Source: Octopus vulgaris
Lineage: Eukaryota
Assembly: GCA_951406725.2 (NCBI GenBank)
Contig: OX597830.1
Location: 75,640,001 to 75,704,000 of the forward strand
Length of the DNA stretch: 64,000 nucleotides
Reading direction: 5' to 3'
Each line of letters opens with the position of its first letter. Position 1 is the stretch's first letter. The position numbers and the translations under genes were made by a program. A model generated the notes under the pieces. It was given only the letters and a program-made list of their open reading frames with translations, did no database searches and had not been told where the DNA came from. This document shows positions 15,327 through 29,940 of this stretch, one piece after another.

Positions 15327-15377
<51 letters not shown>

Positions 15378-15383
15378 TATATA

Positions 15384-15712
15384 CGCGGGTCTTCTTTCAG
15401 TTGCCACCTACCAAATCCACTCACAAGGCTTTGGTTGGCCCGAGGCTTGCGACTCCGTGGAACAAGCTGCCAGACGAGATGGTGAAGATGCCGACGACCG
15501 CTTTGTTCAAAGCCTCCCTTGACCTCAAGTGGCCTGAACTCTTTACATGAACACCACCCTGTACTTAACTCCATGTCCCCCTACATGGCCTTGCTATTTG
15601 CTTTTGAGCCAAATTAACTAACTAACTAACTAGAAGATACTTGCCCAAGGTGCCACGCTTTGGGACTGAACTCGGAACGATGTCGTTGGGAATGAGGCTT
15701 CTCACCACACAG
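15384..15712 (-). mobile_element. SINE family A 5' half, split by a nested LINE 3' fragment
   Basis: SINE sequence stops at ggcccgaggct (15448) and resumes at tagaagatacttgcccaagg (15631). Confidence 0.8.
15449..15630 (+). mobile_element. 3'-terminal fragment of a CR1/L2-group LINE with (TAAC)n tail
   Basis: Translates ATPWNKLPDEMVKMPTTALFKASLDLKWPELFT*, the typical WN.LP...FK..LD ORF2 C-terminus, followed by a short 3' UTR and taactaactaactaac. Confidence 0.8.
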
Positions 15713-16359
15713 ACGGTTCTGTGACTATCTTGCTCCTTTGTATATATATACATATATATGCGTGTGTGTGTGTATGCGTGCGCGTGTGTGTGTACTTATG
15801 TATGTATACTGAGTGAAGAATAGAGGCGCTTGCATAATACAACAAAAGACACTACTTGCTCTCACTCAGACAAACAAAAACTCACATACTTGCATGCGTA
15901 TCTATTTATCTATGTCCATCTGTACATACGCGCACATACACATAAATACATATATAAAATTTATATATATATATATCTTATATATAAAATATATATATAT
16001 ATGTATATATAAAAGTACAAAGAGAGATAGGGGTTATTCTGTCTTATCCTGTTGGATTTGTATGTTCCTATTTAATCTAAATAATTAGTTAATAAATTAT
16101 ATGAATTGGTATTAACTGGAAGTTGATGATTGAAAGAAATCTATTGCTCCATTTTCTTATAAACAGACATATGAATCTAAACTTATATATATGTGTGCGC
16201 GCATGAGTTTGTGTGCGTATGTGTATATATATATATGTGTGTGTGTGAGTGTGTGTGTGTGTGTGTCTGTGTGTTTGTAAATACTTCTAGATATCTATCT
16301 AAACATGCTAAAATTAAATATATGAAGCGAGATGTTTTAAAGAGAAGAGAAACAATAGT

Positions 16360-16572
16360 CTTTTCTACTCTAGGTACAAGGCAGGAAATTTTGGGAGAGA
16401 GGGCTAGTCAATTAGATCGACCCCAGTGTGCAACTGGTACTTGATTTATCGACCCTGAAACGATGATAAGCAAAGTCGACCTAGGCAAAATTTGAACTCA
16501 GTACGTAAAGACAAACGAAATATCGCTAATCATTTCGCCCTGCGTGCTAACGTTTCTGCCAGATCTTCACCT
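16360..16572 (-). mobile_element. SINE family B (Nin/Deu-like domain)
   Basis: gatcgaccccagtgtgcaactggtacttgatttatcgacc...aaagtcgacc...tttgaactca...gtgctaacgtttctgccag. Confidence 0.8.
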
Positions 16573-16717
16573 TAGCAGAAAAACCTTAATAAACCTTAAA
16601 AGGTGAAGTGCACTTCGGTAAAGATTGAACACAGGGCGTGCACATTCGAAACGAAAGAAGCTACGCATTGTATCCAGCCCTAACATTTCTGCCAGCTCGC
16701 TGATTAACTTTAGCAAA

Positions 16718-16786
<69 letters not shown>

Positions 16787-16804
16787 TATAATTATTGTTA
16801 TTAT

Positions 16805-16836
<32 letters not shown>

Positions 16837-16870
16837 CTATCATTATTATTATTATTATTGTTACTACTAC

Positions 16871-16950
<80 letters not shown>

Positions 16951-17488
16951 CATAATACTCATTCATACAGACTCACTTTTACATTTATATTTACATGCTT
17001 ATACATTTGTATTTTGCATTAAGCCATATGTACAATGATACACGCATACACACAGACATGTACACCCACACACAGACACGCAAACACATATAACTATTAA
17101 TATTTGTAAATATGACTGTATGCATGCGTATCTGTGTATGTGTGTGCATGTATGCGTCTCTGAATATGTGTATGTGTGTGTGTATGTGTGTGTATGTGTG
17201 TGTATGTGTGTGTAAGTGTGTGTGTGTGTGTGTGGACATCGATAGATGCCTGAAGGATCACACAATAACACCAATCCATTAAATATTGATTCCAATTGTG
17301 ATTCATGTTTACTTAAATTTTATGAAAAGTAAGAGACACGCTTATATACATATACATTAACTCATTACATACAGAGAGAAGGAGGCAAATCTTCAAACGC
17401 ATTAAAATGTGTAGCCAAGTCTGTGTGTGCATGTATGTTTGTGTTTGTGTGTATGTGTATAAATATATTTCTATGCATATATATATAT

Positions 17489-17635
<147 letters not shown>

Positions 17636-17837
17636 ATGTACGTGTAAACACCAAATTTATATTTATTGTCAATTGTAATCAGTCGAATGCATTTTTACAC
17701 GCACATACATACCAGCCAAATGAATATATAAACGGATCCAGAGACAAATATATGTCTCTCCTGTTCTCCCTTTTTCTCTCTCCCTTCCTCCCTTTCTCTA
17801 TCCCTTTTTCACTCACTCTCATCCCCTCTCCCTCTCT

Positions 17838-17880
<43 letters not shown>

Positions 17881-17890
17881 CACACACATG

Positions 17891-17924
<34 letters not shown>

Positions 17925-18019
17925 GGAATATACTAATATACATATATACATAAAGAAATATTATATATACATACACATATGCATATATATACATATATTT
18001 ATATATATAAATATATATT

Positions 18020-18071
<52 letters not shown>

Positions 18072-18073
18072 TA

Positions 18074-20825
18074 TAACTTAGAATAACTTAGAATAACTTA
18101 GAAAGGTTTTTGGCCAGTATTGGCCCAGGCCATGTCTAACTTAATAGCACCACCTGGCGAAGTCTTTCAGTTCAGGATTTGGGCACCAAGGCCCATTCGA
18201 GCAGAGAGTTATTGTTTGCGGAGACATATCCGGGTGTGGATGGTTTGTCCGGTACTGTTTGAAGGAATTTGTCCAAAGACTTCTTGAATTTTGTGTGGTC
18301 AGTTTCTTTTTTGACGTGTCCTGGTGTAATGTTGAAGAGAGCGGGTCCAATTGAGGTGAAATAGTTGTGCCGTATTGTCGTTATGTGATGCGATTTAGAT
18401 TTTTGTTGTGGACGGATGGCACGTGGTCCAAGCCTTGGATGCATTTTGAAGGTGATGCCAACATCATTCGGACAGTGCTGATGGAATATTTTCCACATCA
18501 TACAGATAATGTAGCGTTCACGGCGTCGTTGGAGTGAATACAATTTCAGCTTCTCTAGTCTACCCCAGTAGTCAAGGTCTGACATGCCATCTATCTTTTT
18601 TGTGATTGACCTTTGGGGAGCTTCAATTCTCATAATATTTTGTTTTGTGTAGGGAGACCACAGTGGACAGCAGTATTCAAGGTGGGGTCGGGCAAAAGTG
18701 GAGAAGAGAAGGATAATAGCGTGGGAATCTCTCGACTGGAAGGTTCTGAGAATCCAGGAACACATTCTGCGGGCCATGTCAACTTTGCTGCTTATATGTG
18801 TAGCCCAGCTTATGTTGTTGTCCACTGTTACTCCCAGGTCTCTGATGTTGTTGGATGCCATGAGAATTTCTCCAGAAGGAAGAGAGTATGGGAGTTTCAG
18901 AGCGTCCTCCCTTCCAAAGTGGATCAGTTCGAATTTGTCTTCATTTAGCAACATGTTATTCTTTTCCGCCCATTGGACAACAGCTAGTAGGTCTGACTGA
19001 AGGTTTATTCGGTCATCCACGCCATTGATGACCTTCTGGAGCTTGGAATCATCAGCGAAGGTTCTGATGTTGCTGTGTTTGATGGTGTCAGTAATATCAT
19101 TTATGTAGATGATGAAGAGAAGTGGGCCCAACACAGTGCCTTGTGGGACACCACTGCTGACTTTGGCTGGGCTGGATTTGACTCCTTCGACTACAACATG
19201 TTGGGTTCTGTTAGAGAGGAAGCACTTGATCCATTGCAGCAGCTTTCCAGTGACACCAATATTGGACAGCTTTCTCAGAAGGATCTTATGATCAACCCTG
19301 TCAAAGGCCTTGCTGAAATCAAGGTAGATGACATCAGTGTTGGAACCCTCTCCCAAGGCTCTCAAAATGTCATCAAAATGATGCAGTAGCTGCGTCAGGC
19401 AATCTCTCCCATTACGGAATCCATGCTGGTTGGGGTTCAGCATATTATGACTCTCAAGGAAGTGAGTCATACGCGATCTCAACACCCTCTCAAATACCTT
19501 GATGATATGAGAGGTGAGTGAGATTGGACGGTAATTCACGGCAAGCGATTTGTTTCCTTTTTTGAAAACTGGGACAACAGACTGGGATAGAAGGTCTTCT
19601 GGTATATATCCAGCATCCAATGAGTTCCGCCACAGATTGGCTAGAGGGGGTGCAAGTTGGTTTTGACACATCTTCAAGACACAAGCAGGGAACCTATCGG
19701 GACCTACTGCTGAATTATGCTTCATTTCCTTTATTGCTGCTAAGACATCAGGAGCGCCAAATGTTATGTCCGATAAAGTGTATTGGGGAGTAACATCACT
19801 GATACAGCCCAGATCAGTCATATCAGGATTGCTGAAAACAGAGCAATATTGTTTCTGCAATATTTCTCCCATGGTTTTGGCATTGTCTTGAAGAATACCA
19901 TTTTCATCAATCAGAGGGCCAACAGTAGAACCAGTGACTCTGTGTTTTTTTGCAAATGAAAAGAACACTTTGGGATTGAGTTTGATCTTCTCAATGGCCC
20001 AGGCCTCTTCAGCTCTTCGCTGACTATTGATGATAGACATCATGTTGTTTTGGAGTTTATGTTTTTTAATCTCTAGCGACGAGATGGCAGTCAGGTTGGT
20101 GTGTTGCTGTTGACAGTATTTCAGCATGTTGATCTTTTTGTTGATTCTTTTAATTTTCCTTATGAGAGATTTTCTATTTCTAGGGATTCGACACTTAGAT
20201 TTGTTTGCAGATCTTAATGGGGTGTGTCTTGCACATATGTTCGTGATGGTGTCTACAAGTGACTGCCAGGACTTTTTGATGTTAGTGGGTGTGTATGTGT
20301 GCGTGAAGGACCAATCGACTTGTGCAAGATCATTATTGATCGCTTCCCAGTTTGCATTGTGGAAATCCATAGTGTCAAATGGATGAACAGGAGGGATGAC
20401 ATTTGTTTTGCATTTTGGCCAGTGAAATCTCAGATCACAGAGAACCATGTCATGGTCGGAGAGTAGGGTTTTCTCCACTGCAATATTGTGGATAGTATCA
20501 GTGTGATTGCTGAAAATTAAGTCTAAGACGTTTTTGTGACATCTCGTTGGTTCGAGTACCAGTTGGGACAAGAAGAAGTCATCCATGAAGTCAAGAAGCG
20601 ATTCCACTGCCTCCCTGTCAGGGGTTGAGAGAGAAGAACCTGGCGGCAGACTGTTTATAGACCAGTCAACCCCGGGAAGGTTGAAATCTCCCATCATTAA
20701 AATGTTGTCAGGTTGACACTGCTGAATGAAACACTTTATGCTGTTGAGGCATTCCTTGAAGCATGGTAGGGGCGTTTGGGGTGGTCTGTAGAGCCCAACT
20801 ACTGTTAAGTTGTTTGTTTGACTGT
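18074..20825 (-). mobile_element. CR1-clade LINE, 5'-truncated, young copy
   Basis: Open ORF2; 3' UTR hairpin GGCCA-ATAC-TGGCC; (TTCTAAGTTA)3 tail at 18074-18103; TSD-like atatatatatacacatat on both sides. Confidence 0.93.
18172..20822 (-). CDS. LINE ORF2: partial APE endonuclease + reverse transcriptase (true start lost; ORF-track N-terminus is microsatellite read-through)
   Basis: APE motifs LYRPP, MGDFN, LDLIF, SDH; RT motifs [45 protein letters not shown]; RPHLEYC; no internal stop over ~880 codons. Confidence 0.92.
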
Positions 20826-20983
20826 ATATATATATATACACATATTTGTTTGTTGACTGTATATATATATATACACATATATATATATGTATATACATAC
20901 ATATAGATAGATAGATAGACAGATAGGTAAATATAAGCCACATATTTATCCTACATGCGCACGTACATATATACATATATGTA

Positions 20984-21033
<50 letters not shown>

Positions 21034-21278
21034 TACATATATACATATATATATATATACATATATTTACATATATACATATATACATATACATACATAT
21101 ATATATATATATATAGAGAGAGAGAAAGGCAGAGGGGGAATAGAGAGGGGGGAGAGAGACATATACATGTTTGCATAGAACAACAGAACAATACTCTACA
21201 TGTCACAACAGAAATCTTCTTGGACCTTTGTTGTTTCGCTTCTCTGTGTATTTCTCTATGTTTAGTTGCCGTGCTTGT

Positions 21279-21318
<40 letters not shown>

Positions 21319-21348
21319 TCTTTAAGCGAAATTGCTTATCTCTTTGTG

Positions 21349-21422
<74 letters not shown>

Positions 21423-21549
21423 TATACTTGTAATTGAGTGAACGTATGAATGTATACCTCACTGTTTATTCGTTCACAAGTTTGGGTTTTGTATGTTTAA
21501 ATAAAACTTACATAGGATTCTGAAATAAATAACTACACGAATAAATATA

Positions 21550-21584
<35 letters not shown>

Positions 21585-21887
21585 CACGAAATAAACACAA
21601 AAATGAAATTAAATATAAAATAAAATAAAATAAAAATGAAATAAAACCAAAAATAAGCCCTCCCTTGATGTCTGAACGGTGAAATTACAGGAGCTTAGTT
21701 GGCAGTACTGGTTATCTGTTGCATGACGCTTGGAGTCAGAAGACCTCTTTTGATGTAGGAATAATTCTGTCAAGAATCACTAGAATGAATTTTCAACAAC
21801 AACAGAAAATCCCCCCCCCGTCATCCCCCGAAAACTATAAGCAAAACAACAACAGCAACTACACCAATAACAACTACAACAACGACA

Positions 21888-21977
<90 letters not shown>

Positions 21978-22518
21978 GTAATAATAAATTGGTGAGTGGC
22001 AAGCATGTTTATAGAGAAGAAAAATGAGTGACAAAGGTAGGTGGTGGGTTGACCCTCTTCTAATCTTGTTTGACAGGCTCTGCCGATCAAATGAAGTGGA
22101 TAGGCTTGTCCAATGAAGAATTGAAGTTCATTGTTAAATATGCGTGGTAAATCTCCTACACATGATTTGTTGATGTTTGGCCTCTTTGCGTATGTGTGTG
22201 TGTGTATGTGTGTAAGTGTAAGTGTGTGTGTGTAAGTATTTGTAAGTGTGCGTGTGTGAATGTGAATGTGTATGTTTGTGCGTATTTGTGTGTGTACGTG
22301 TGTGTGTGTGTGTTTACGTGTATGTGTGTGTTAAATTATTTTCGAAATCGAAAAAGGGGAAAAAATACAATAGAGAAGTGTTGTTGTTGTTATTATTGCT
22401 ATTTTTATATATCTTTCTTTTTATGATTTTAATTTAATTTATTACTACTATACAAAACGTCAAACACGCATGCTCTTACCTTTGTGTATATGTATGCATG
22501 TATATCTATGTATTTGAA

Positions 22519-22588
<70 letters not shown>

Positions 22589-22612
22589 CATATATATACA
22601 TATATAGATATG

Positions 22613-22650
<38 letters not shown>

Positions 22651-24119
22651 TATTCATATATACATATGTATGTAGGTATGTGTGTATATATATATATATA
22701 CATATACTCAATCATCCACATATATATGTATGCATATATGTAAGTAAGTATGCATGCATCTGTGCATGCTTATGCACATATACAGCCATGTACATATATC
22801 TATATATATATATATGTATGTATGTATATATATGTATGTATATGTATGTATGTATGTATGTATATGTATATGCATATATATATATATATACGTATGGATA
22901 CTTACATATCACATATGCATATTTATGCATCAGAATAGGGATGGGAAGTGATTTAAAGGAAAAGAGAATGAATTGAGGGAGAGAATAAAAGTGCAATACA
23001 CGTATGTGACTTTTTTTGTATTTTCATTTCATCTCATTTCCTCCTCACCCTGCCACTCCTTGGATATTTCCCCCCTCTCTTACTGCTACGCCACGTTTAT
23101 TGTAATTTACCTTACCATTTAAATTCAGTATACTTATAAGCATATATGTACATATGTATATGTGTGTGTGCATGAATGTATGTATATGTATGTATATAAA
23201 TGTATGTATATGTATGTGTGAGTGTTTGTATATGTGTGTGTGTATGTGCGTGTGTTTTAGTGTGTGTGAGTACATGTATTTTTTTTATGTATGTGCCTTG
23301 CCCACTATGGCTACAAATGATTGACAAACAAATAAAATTTTAATTTTTAATGATATTTATATATACATATGTTTGTGTATACACTATACACACATGCGAA
23401 TCTTTATATCTATACAAACCATGCAGACACTTACACACACTTACACACACACACAGTCACACACAAAGACACTCATATATATACATGTACATAAACATTT
23501 ATATACATATATTTATACATATATATATACACATACAGAAAAATTTATATGCATGTGTCTCAATATATATGTATTCATTCTGAATATTCATACATAGATA
23601 CAAATATTCATATACAGATACAATCTACATTTCTACCTTAAATATTTGGAAATACAACCAGCAGCGAAATTAAGTAACAGCCAACCAGATGTTATGTAAC
23701 GCCGAAATGTTTATAAATCAACTATTTGTGGAGATCAGCTGCGCACTTGAGATCAATGTGCAAAGAGAATTACAGGAGAAAGGATGTCTATAGATTATTG
23801 ATGAAGATCCGCCTAATCCAATCTATATGAAAGCCGCTCAGATTTATATCCATTACTGCTGAAGAGACTTGGTATGTTCCAACCAATCTTGATTAACGCA
23901 TGGACTATCGCAGATCCTTGGAGAATGAATGCATCTCTTGAATTCATACGCTGAAGAGGATTAAATTATCTAGAGCAACAAAATTTTGTGAAAAATTCTG
24001 TATCTAGGATGAATGATTGCCCTAAGGAAGATATGTTCCTAAAAAAAAAATTACCAGAACGAATATCGCTGATCAAAATAAACATTAAAATACTAATCAG
24101 AAAGAAATATATACCTAAA

Positions 24120-24507
24120 CTAGCAGTATCGCCCGGGTTTGTAAGGGAAATAACTATATAAGCATTTTTAGAGAGTTATAGCCAAAAGATAGCAAAAAAA
24201 AATGCATTAAAATGGAAAAAAATTATGGTAAATTTTTTTTTTAATCGTTGACTCATCGTAGACATTTTTAGAGAGTTACTTCCCTTATATAATAGCGAAA
24301 AAATGCATTAAAATGGAAAAAAATGATGGTAAATTATTTTTAAAATCGTAGACTCATCGTAGACGCGCGCTAATACACAGAAGGGCTCGATATGAATCAC
24401 GACTATCAGATACCCGATTTTGGTTAAACTGCACCGCAAAATGTGGGAGTCGTTAGGAATCTAAATCGTAGGAGACAGACACACAACTTCACTTTTATAT
24501 ATAAAGA
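24120..24507 (-). mobile_element. Non-autonomous Helitron
   Basis: Minus strand begins A|TCTTTATATATAAAAG and ends CCCGGGCGATACTGCTAG|T, i.e. TC...CTAG inserted at AT without TSD; internal ~100-bp tandem repeat (24162-24362). Confidence 0.8.
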
Positions 24508-25007
24508 TATATATTTACAAACATACATACGTGCATGCATATACTTAAATGCATATACTTAAATACATACACACGCACATACATAAAAAGCAAGAGAAAG
24601 ATTACATCTGTTGAACTTTAATAAAGAGTTTGCAAATTCCGTACCCAAGATAGACTTTCTAATTCATGTCTTATTATTGGAGACACAGGACTGGAAACAC
24701 AGGATCTTTGGGATAGAATGGAAAAAGTAATATGTACTCTCTTAGAGTACATCTCCTGATGTGAATATCTCTTCGAAAAATCAAAAAGTTTGTGGATAAA
24801 TTTTGGACAACTTCTTCGAGGCCTCTAGCTTCTGTACCCAGACTATAGATTCACATTAACACCAATAACAACTGGTATACTGTTATATCGCAATACTACA
24901 TAGTGGCTGTGTAAGCTACGAAATCCTCGTCGCCACTGTTATCTCGCATGTTCGGATGACCTCTACTCAACTCCTCCAACTGTTCTGCTCTGGTCTACTA
25001 CTTAACT

Positions 25008-25391
25008 GGAGGCGCAATGGCCCAGTGGTTAGGGCAGCGGACTTGTGGTCGTAGGATCGCGGTTTCGATTCCCAGACCGGGCGTTGTGAGTGTTTATTGA
25101 GCGAAAACACCTAAAGCTCCACGAGGCTCCGGCGGGGATGGTGGTGATCCCTGCTGTACTCTTTCACCACAACTTTCTCTCACTCTTACTTCCTGTTTCT
25201 GTTGTACCTGTATTTCAAAGGGCCGGCCTTGTCACTCTCTGTGTCACGCTGAATATCCCCGAGAACTACGTTAAGGGTACACGTGTCTGTGGAGTGCTCA
25301 GCCATTTACACGTTAATTTCACGAGCAGGCTGTTCCGTTGATCGGATCAACCGGAACCCTCGTCGTCGTAACCGACGGAGTGCTTCCATCC
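25008..25391 (+). mobile_element. tRNA-derived SINE, OR1-like, full length
   Basis: GGAGGCGCAATGGCCCAGTGGTTAGGGC head, B box GTTTCGATTCC, tail ending gtaaccgacggagtgc; TSD actacttaactg at 24997-25008 and 25392-25403. Confidence 0.92.
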
Positions 25392-26417
25392 ACTACTTAA
25401 CTGTTCTCTTGACTTCTAGGCTTCTCCCTCTATATCTACGTATTGGGCTAGCCTACTTCATCGCTTGGGGGCGTCCACACAACATACACATCATCTTAGA
25501 AGTATACAATTAAGTGATTATCAGGAAAAGTTAGTGTTTCCAGAAAAAGAATTCAACCAGCTAACATATTTATAGCAAATACAATCTGTAAGCAGAGCAA
25601 TAAAAATTATGCAAAACTTTTTTTAAAGTTGAGTATGTGACATACTTTTATTTACTATAGTCTAAAGTTAGATCTTTTTATCCTTGCTAGAAACCAGAGC
25701 TTTTTTATATGTAGTCTCCAAATATATGGAAATGGAATGTAACGACCGTAGGCATTCGTTTATACTTCGGATACAAGACTAATATATTTTCTGACTCTAA
25801 TGTTACAACCGTCAACCTTGTTATATATCTGGTTATTCTCCAGACCGCTTTCATTGGGAATGCAATTTGTTCAAGATTTTACTCGTGTTTCTCTCAAAGT
25901 TTAGTTCACCAAGCAGTGATTTGCTACAAAGAACTGGTTACGAACTCAATAATAATTGAAAATAATTGAAGAAAACAATGTAAAGAAAATGAAGGAAAAT
26001 CTTTTCTAATTGTTGTTGTAGAAGGATAGAGCCAGGAGACATTCATAACTCTGTGAACGTACGTAAAACATTTGAGAAATTTAACATGTATTAAGTGCAT
26101 ATATGCAGTCGTGTCTGTGTGGTTTAAAAGCTCAATTGGTAATCTCTCGGTTTGGTACAACAAACAGATACAATAAGAAATAGATTTTTTAAAATACAAT
26201 AATAGTACGGAGCCGAATTTTTTTCTCTACTGAAACTCTTAAAAGCAGTTGGCCAACTTGGTCGCAGTCTAATTACTGATAAGTGAAAGATATGTTAGCC
26301 AAACACGCAAATCCACACATGGTATAGCTTTCATGTGTGTACGTCACATACAGGAAGGCAAAATTAAGTAAGTTCTTACATGTATATACATCTATATATA
26401 TATTTTTTATATGTAGA

Positions 26418-26535
26418 AAAATACAAACTGGGACAAGAACGTAAAACATTTAGAAGACGATACAAAAAACGATGGGACATTCGAAGCCTTCAATCTTCAG
26501 TCAAGAACCGGATCATCCTAGTAATTTCGGCTGAT
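26418..26535 (-). mobile_element. Short TA-embedded repeat, second copy at 47488-47645
   Basis: atacaaactgggacaaga.cgt.aaacatttagaag.cga...gggacattcgaagcc...cagtcaagaaccggatca...aatttcggctgat is the reverse complement of 47522-47640. Confidence 0.75.
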
Positions 26536-26549
26536 ATATATATATATAA

Positions 26550-26653
<104 letters not shown>

Positions 26654-27213
26654 TACATTTATATATATACATACTGTATGTACATAGATACGTGCTGCGG
26701 GTGTATCCATTGATACTCTAAATCTCAATGAAAAATAGTGCTTCTAGTTTATAACGCTATCCTTCCCATCGGGAAGAATTTCGAAAAATAGTACAACCAT
26801 TCATATCTACATGCATCAGTAAGTACATACTTAAATGCTACTCTCCTATGAATAACATAACAAACGTATTGTGCAGCTGTCCAAAAATGTCATCAAGGTA
26901 CTGCCTAACTCTGAGACTTGATGTTGTTGCTAAAAATGATATACAATTGCACCCACAGAAAAGACTTCATTGGGATGAATATAGACATGCCTCCTGTGGT
27001 TTGTACACCTGTCAGCACAAGGAATATTAGTGATAAATTGTCACCCCCAAAAATTTACCAAGTGCAAACATAACAGAACAGGGAAGTTGTGTATAATCAG
27101 TGAGATGTGTATCTCTACAGATGCGCACATACCTTCCAAAATCTGCGAGAAGGATAATATATCTATAGATACTTCGAAATCTGCAACTTTTCTACTCTGA
27201 GTATAAAGATGTA

Positions 27214-27810
27214 TGTATATACTACTAAAATTCCGTGACTGTGTGCTTGCGTGCGTGCGTGCTTGTTTGTAAATTAATACTGCTAAACCGGGGCATTATG
27301 AGAAAATATTCTGAAAGTAAGGGGCACCTGAAATGAGAATACAAACGGAATAAAACAAGTTTTGCGTAAATCGCACTCCAGATTCGCGAGATACGTGGTG
27401 TTTTGTGGTACCTTCATAAACAGCCAAAACGGCACATAATGGGAAAATACTCCGAAAGTATCATAACTCTGTAATGGCAATATATAACATTGTGAAAATG
27501 GTTTCCATTAATTTTATGTTTTTGTTATATAACAATTCCTGTTGCATATTTGTAGTAGTGTGCACATATGCCATAAATGAATACTGTTACTGGAGTTCAA
27601 GTTTATTCTGGAAGTTCTATTAGATACTGTAAAATAACCAATAAAACCTTAAACATGAACTTGTAAACGAGACCTATGATGACACGAACGAATTGAAATA
27701 ATTAACTGAATCAGCATAAAATTAACTTTCGTTTCAATGCGATGTTGAAATCAGCTTCAGTGTTTTATAACCTGAACCGTCAGTGACCTAACGGGTCACG
27801 GGTAGTCTAG
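27214..27810 (+). mobile_element. Non-autonomous Helitron, second family
   Basis: 3' hairpin GTGACC-TAACG-GGTCAC (27783-27799) then CTAG|T; 5' end A|TGTATATACTACTAAAA resembles a mutated TC-start followed by a (GTGC)n microsatellite. Confidence 0.7.
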
Positions 27811-28144
27811 TTACACAAAATACACAATATAGTAACTGGGGCACTGAGTAAATGCCTTAGCCAACGCTTGGAGAAGCTCTAATTTTCAAGCATATAAAAA
27901 TACGTGTAAACACGAAATTTGCTGATAGAATCTCCCAATGAAACAATAAAAATATGGAAAACTTTCTTATGGGTCGATATGTAACAATTCTTATTGCAAT
28001 ACAATGATGCAGCTTTTGTATAAAAACTGAGCCGATATGAGTGCTCATAAATATGAGCACTTAAAAATGAAGAATGGCATATAGACATACCTACACGCGT
28101 TTATTGATTTATTTATCTTAAACTTCTTTTATCTTTTATCTTTA

Positions 28145-28475
28145 ACTTGTTTCAGTCATTTGACTGCGACTATGCTGGGGAACCGCCTTGAAGGGTTTTC
28201 AGTCGAAGAAGTCGACCCCAGAACTTAGTTTTTTTTTAATGCCGGGTACTTATTCTATCGATCACTTTTGCCGAACTTCTAGGTTAACATAAACACACTG
28301 ACATCTGTTGTCAAGCGGTGGTGAGGAACAAACATAGAAACAAAGACATACACACCTCGGAATACTTTGGTCAGCTCAAGGCTATAACAGAAGACACTTA
28401 CTCAAGATGCTACACAGTGGGATAGAACTCGGAATTATGCGGTTGGTAAGCAAGCTTTTTACTACACAGGCACAC
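28145..28475 (-). mobile_element. SINE family A, diverged, internally deleted
   Basis: Aligns with neighbour 28638-29043. Confidence 0.75.
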
Positions 28476-28637
28476 CCATTTATTCATTCATTCATTTAAT
28501 TATTCATTCATTTATTGACTTTTCCTCGAGTCTTAGGACTCACAAGAACAGTTACTCAAATTCCATGGCGTGTAAGTGACCGAGATAGCAGCATTACTTT
28601 GAAAAGGATGCCGGGCTTCTTTACTTTTTTAAACTTT

Positions 28638-29043
28638 TTTCAGTCATTTGAGAGCGGCCATGCTGGAGCACCGCCTTTAGTCGAGCAAATCGAACCCAGA
28701 ACTTATTCTTTGTAAGCCTAGTACTTATTCTATCGGTCGCTTTTGGCGAACCGCTAAGTTACAGGGACGTAAACACACCAGCATCGGTTGTCAGGCGATT
28801 TTGGGAGAACAAACACAGGTACACAAACACACACACACACACACACAAACACATACATATATATATATACACATATATGCGACGGGCTTCTTTTCAGTTT
28901 CCGTCTACCAAATATATTCACAAGGCTTTGGTCGTCCCGAGACTATAGTAGAAGACACTTGCCCAAGGTGCCACGCAGTAGGACTGAACCCGGAACCATG
29001 TGGTTGGTAAGCAAGCCACTTACCACATATCCACTCCTGCGCC
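28638..29043 (-). mobile_element. SINE family A, near full length
   Basis: Minus strand GGCGCAGGAGTGG.TATGTGGTAAG...GGGTTCAGTCC (A/B boxes), CCTTGGGCAAGTGTC CORE-like motif, internal (TG)n/(TA)n, 3' part ending aaatgactgaaa. Confidence 0.9.
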
Positions 29044-29089
29044 TATTTGTCGGGCCGTTGCAAGGTTCAAAGAAAAGAACTTTTGAAAG

Positions 29090-29260
29090 GAGGAGACAAG
29101 TCGATATCAACAACAGCAGTTGCTTGACTTTTATGGATCCCAAAGGGAGAGCAAGGTGAAGGTGATCTCAGCTGGATTTCTTCTCAGAACGTGAAAAACC
29201 GGAAGAAATGCTGCTAGACTTTTTGTCCGACGCACTAACGATTGTGCCAGTTCACCGCCT
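29090..29260 (-). mobile_element. SINE family B, degraded
   Basis: ctcagaacgtgaaaa.ccggaagaaatgc...tccgacgcactaacgattgtgccagttcaccgcc. Confidence 0.6.
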
Positions 29261-29346
29261 TAAGCACGTCAGTACATACACACATATTCCATCATGCCGT
29301 TAGAAAATTACTCTTTCGCTCTCTCCCGCCGGTCTCTCTCCCTCTA

Positions 29347-29451
<105 letters not shown>

Positions 29452-29854
29452 GTGGAATCTGTGATTAATGGTTCATCAAGAACTGGTCTTAAAGTACAAA
29501 TGGATATTCCAATCGCTGAAGTCTTTCATAAATCATGATCATTGATTAATGTGAATCTTATGCTCGATTTTTATTTATTTATATATTTATTTATAACTTC
29601 TCTTTATTTTATTAGTAAATATTAGAGTGGTTTTGTTCTTTATGGTCACATTCTATTTCCTTTTTTCATGTGTGATGTTTTATTTTGTTTATTTTATCTT
29701 ATTTGTTTATTACACATTTTCGCTTTCTTTTGATTTTAATTAGCGGCAGAAACAATACGCTACACTTTGTAATGAACACAAATAATGTTAATAATGAACG
29801 TAATATTATTAATTATTGTCATGTTAGAATTAAATATCGTTATTCATATTATTA

Positions 29855-29940
<86 letters not shown>

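Noticed and set aside
20823-21030. N-terminal ~70 aa of the 952-aa ORF
   Set aside because: Read-through into the flanking (TA)n; the LINE is truncated inside the endonuclease domain
25008-25085. tRNA gene
   Set aside because: The tRNA-like head continues into a SINE body with TSD; no complete cloverleaf or terminator; the same applies to the other SINE heads
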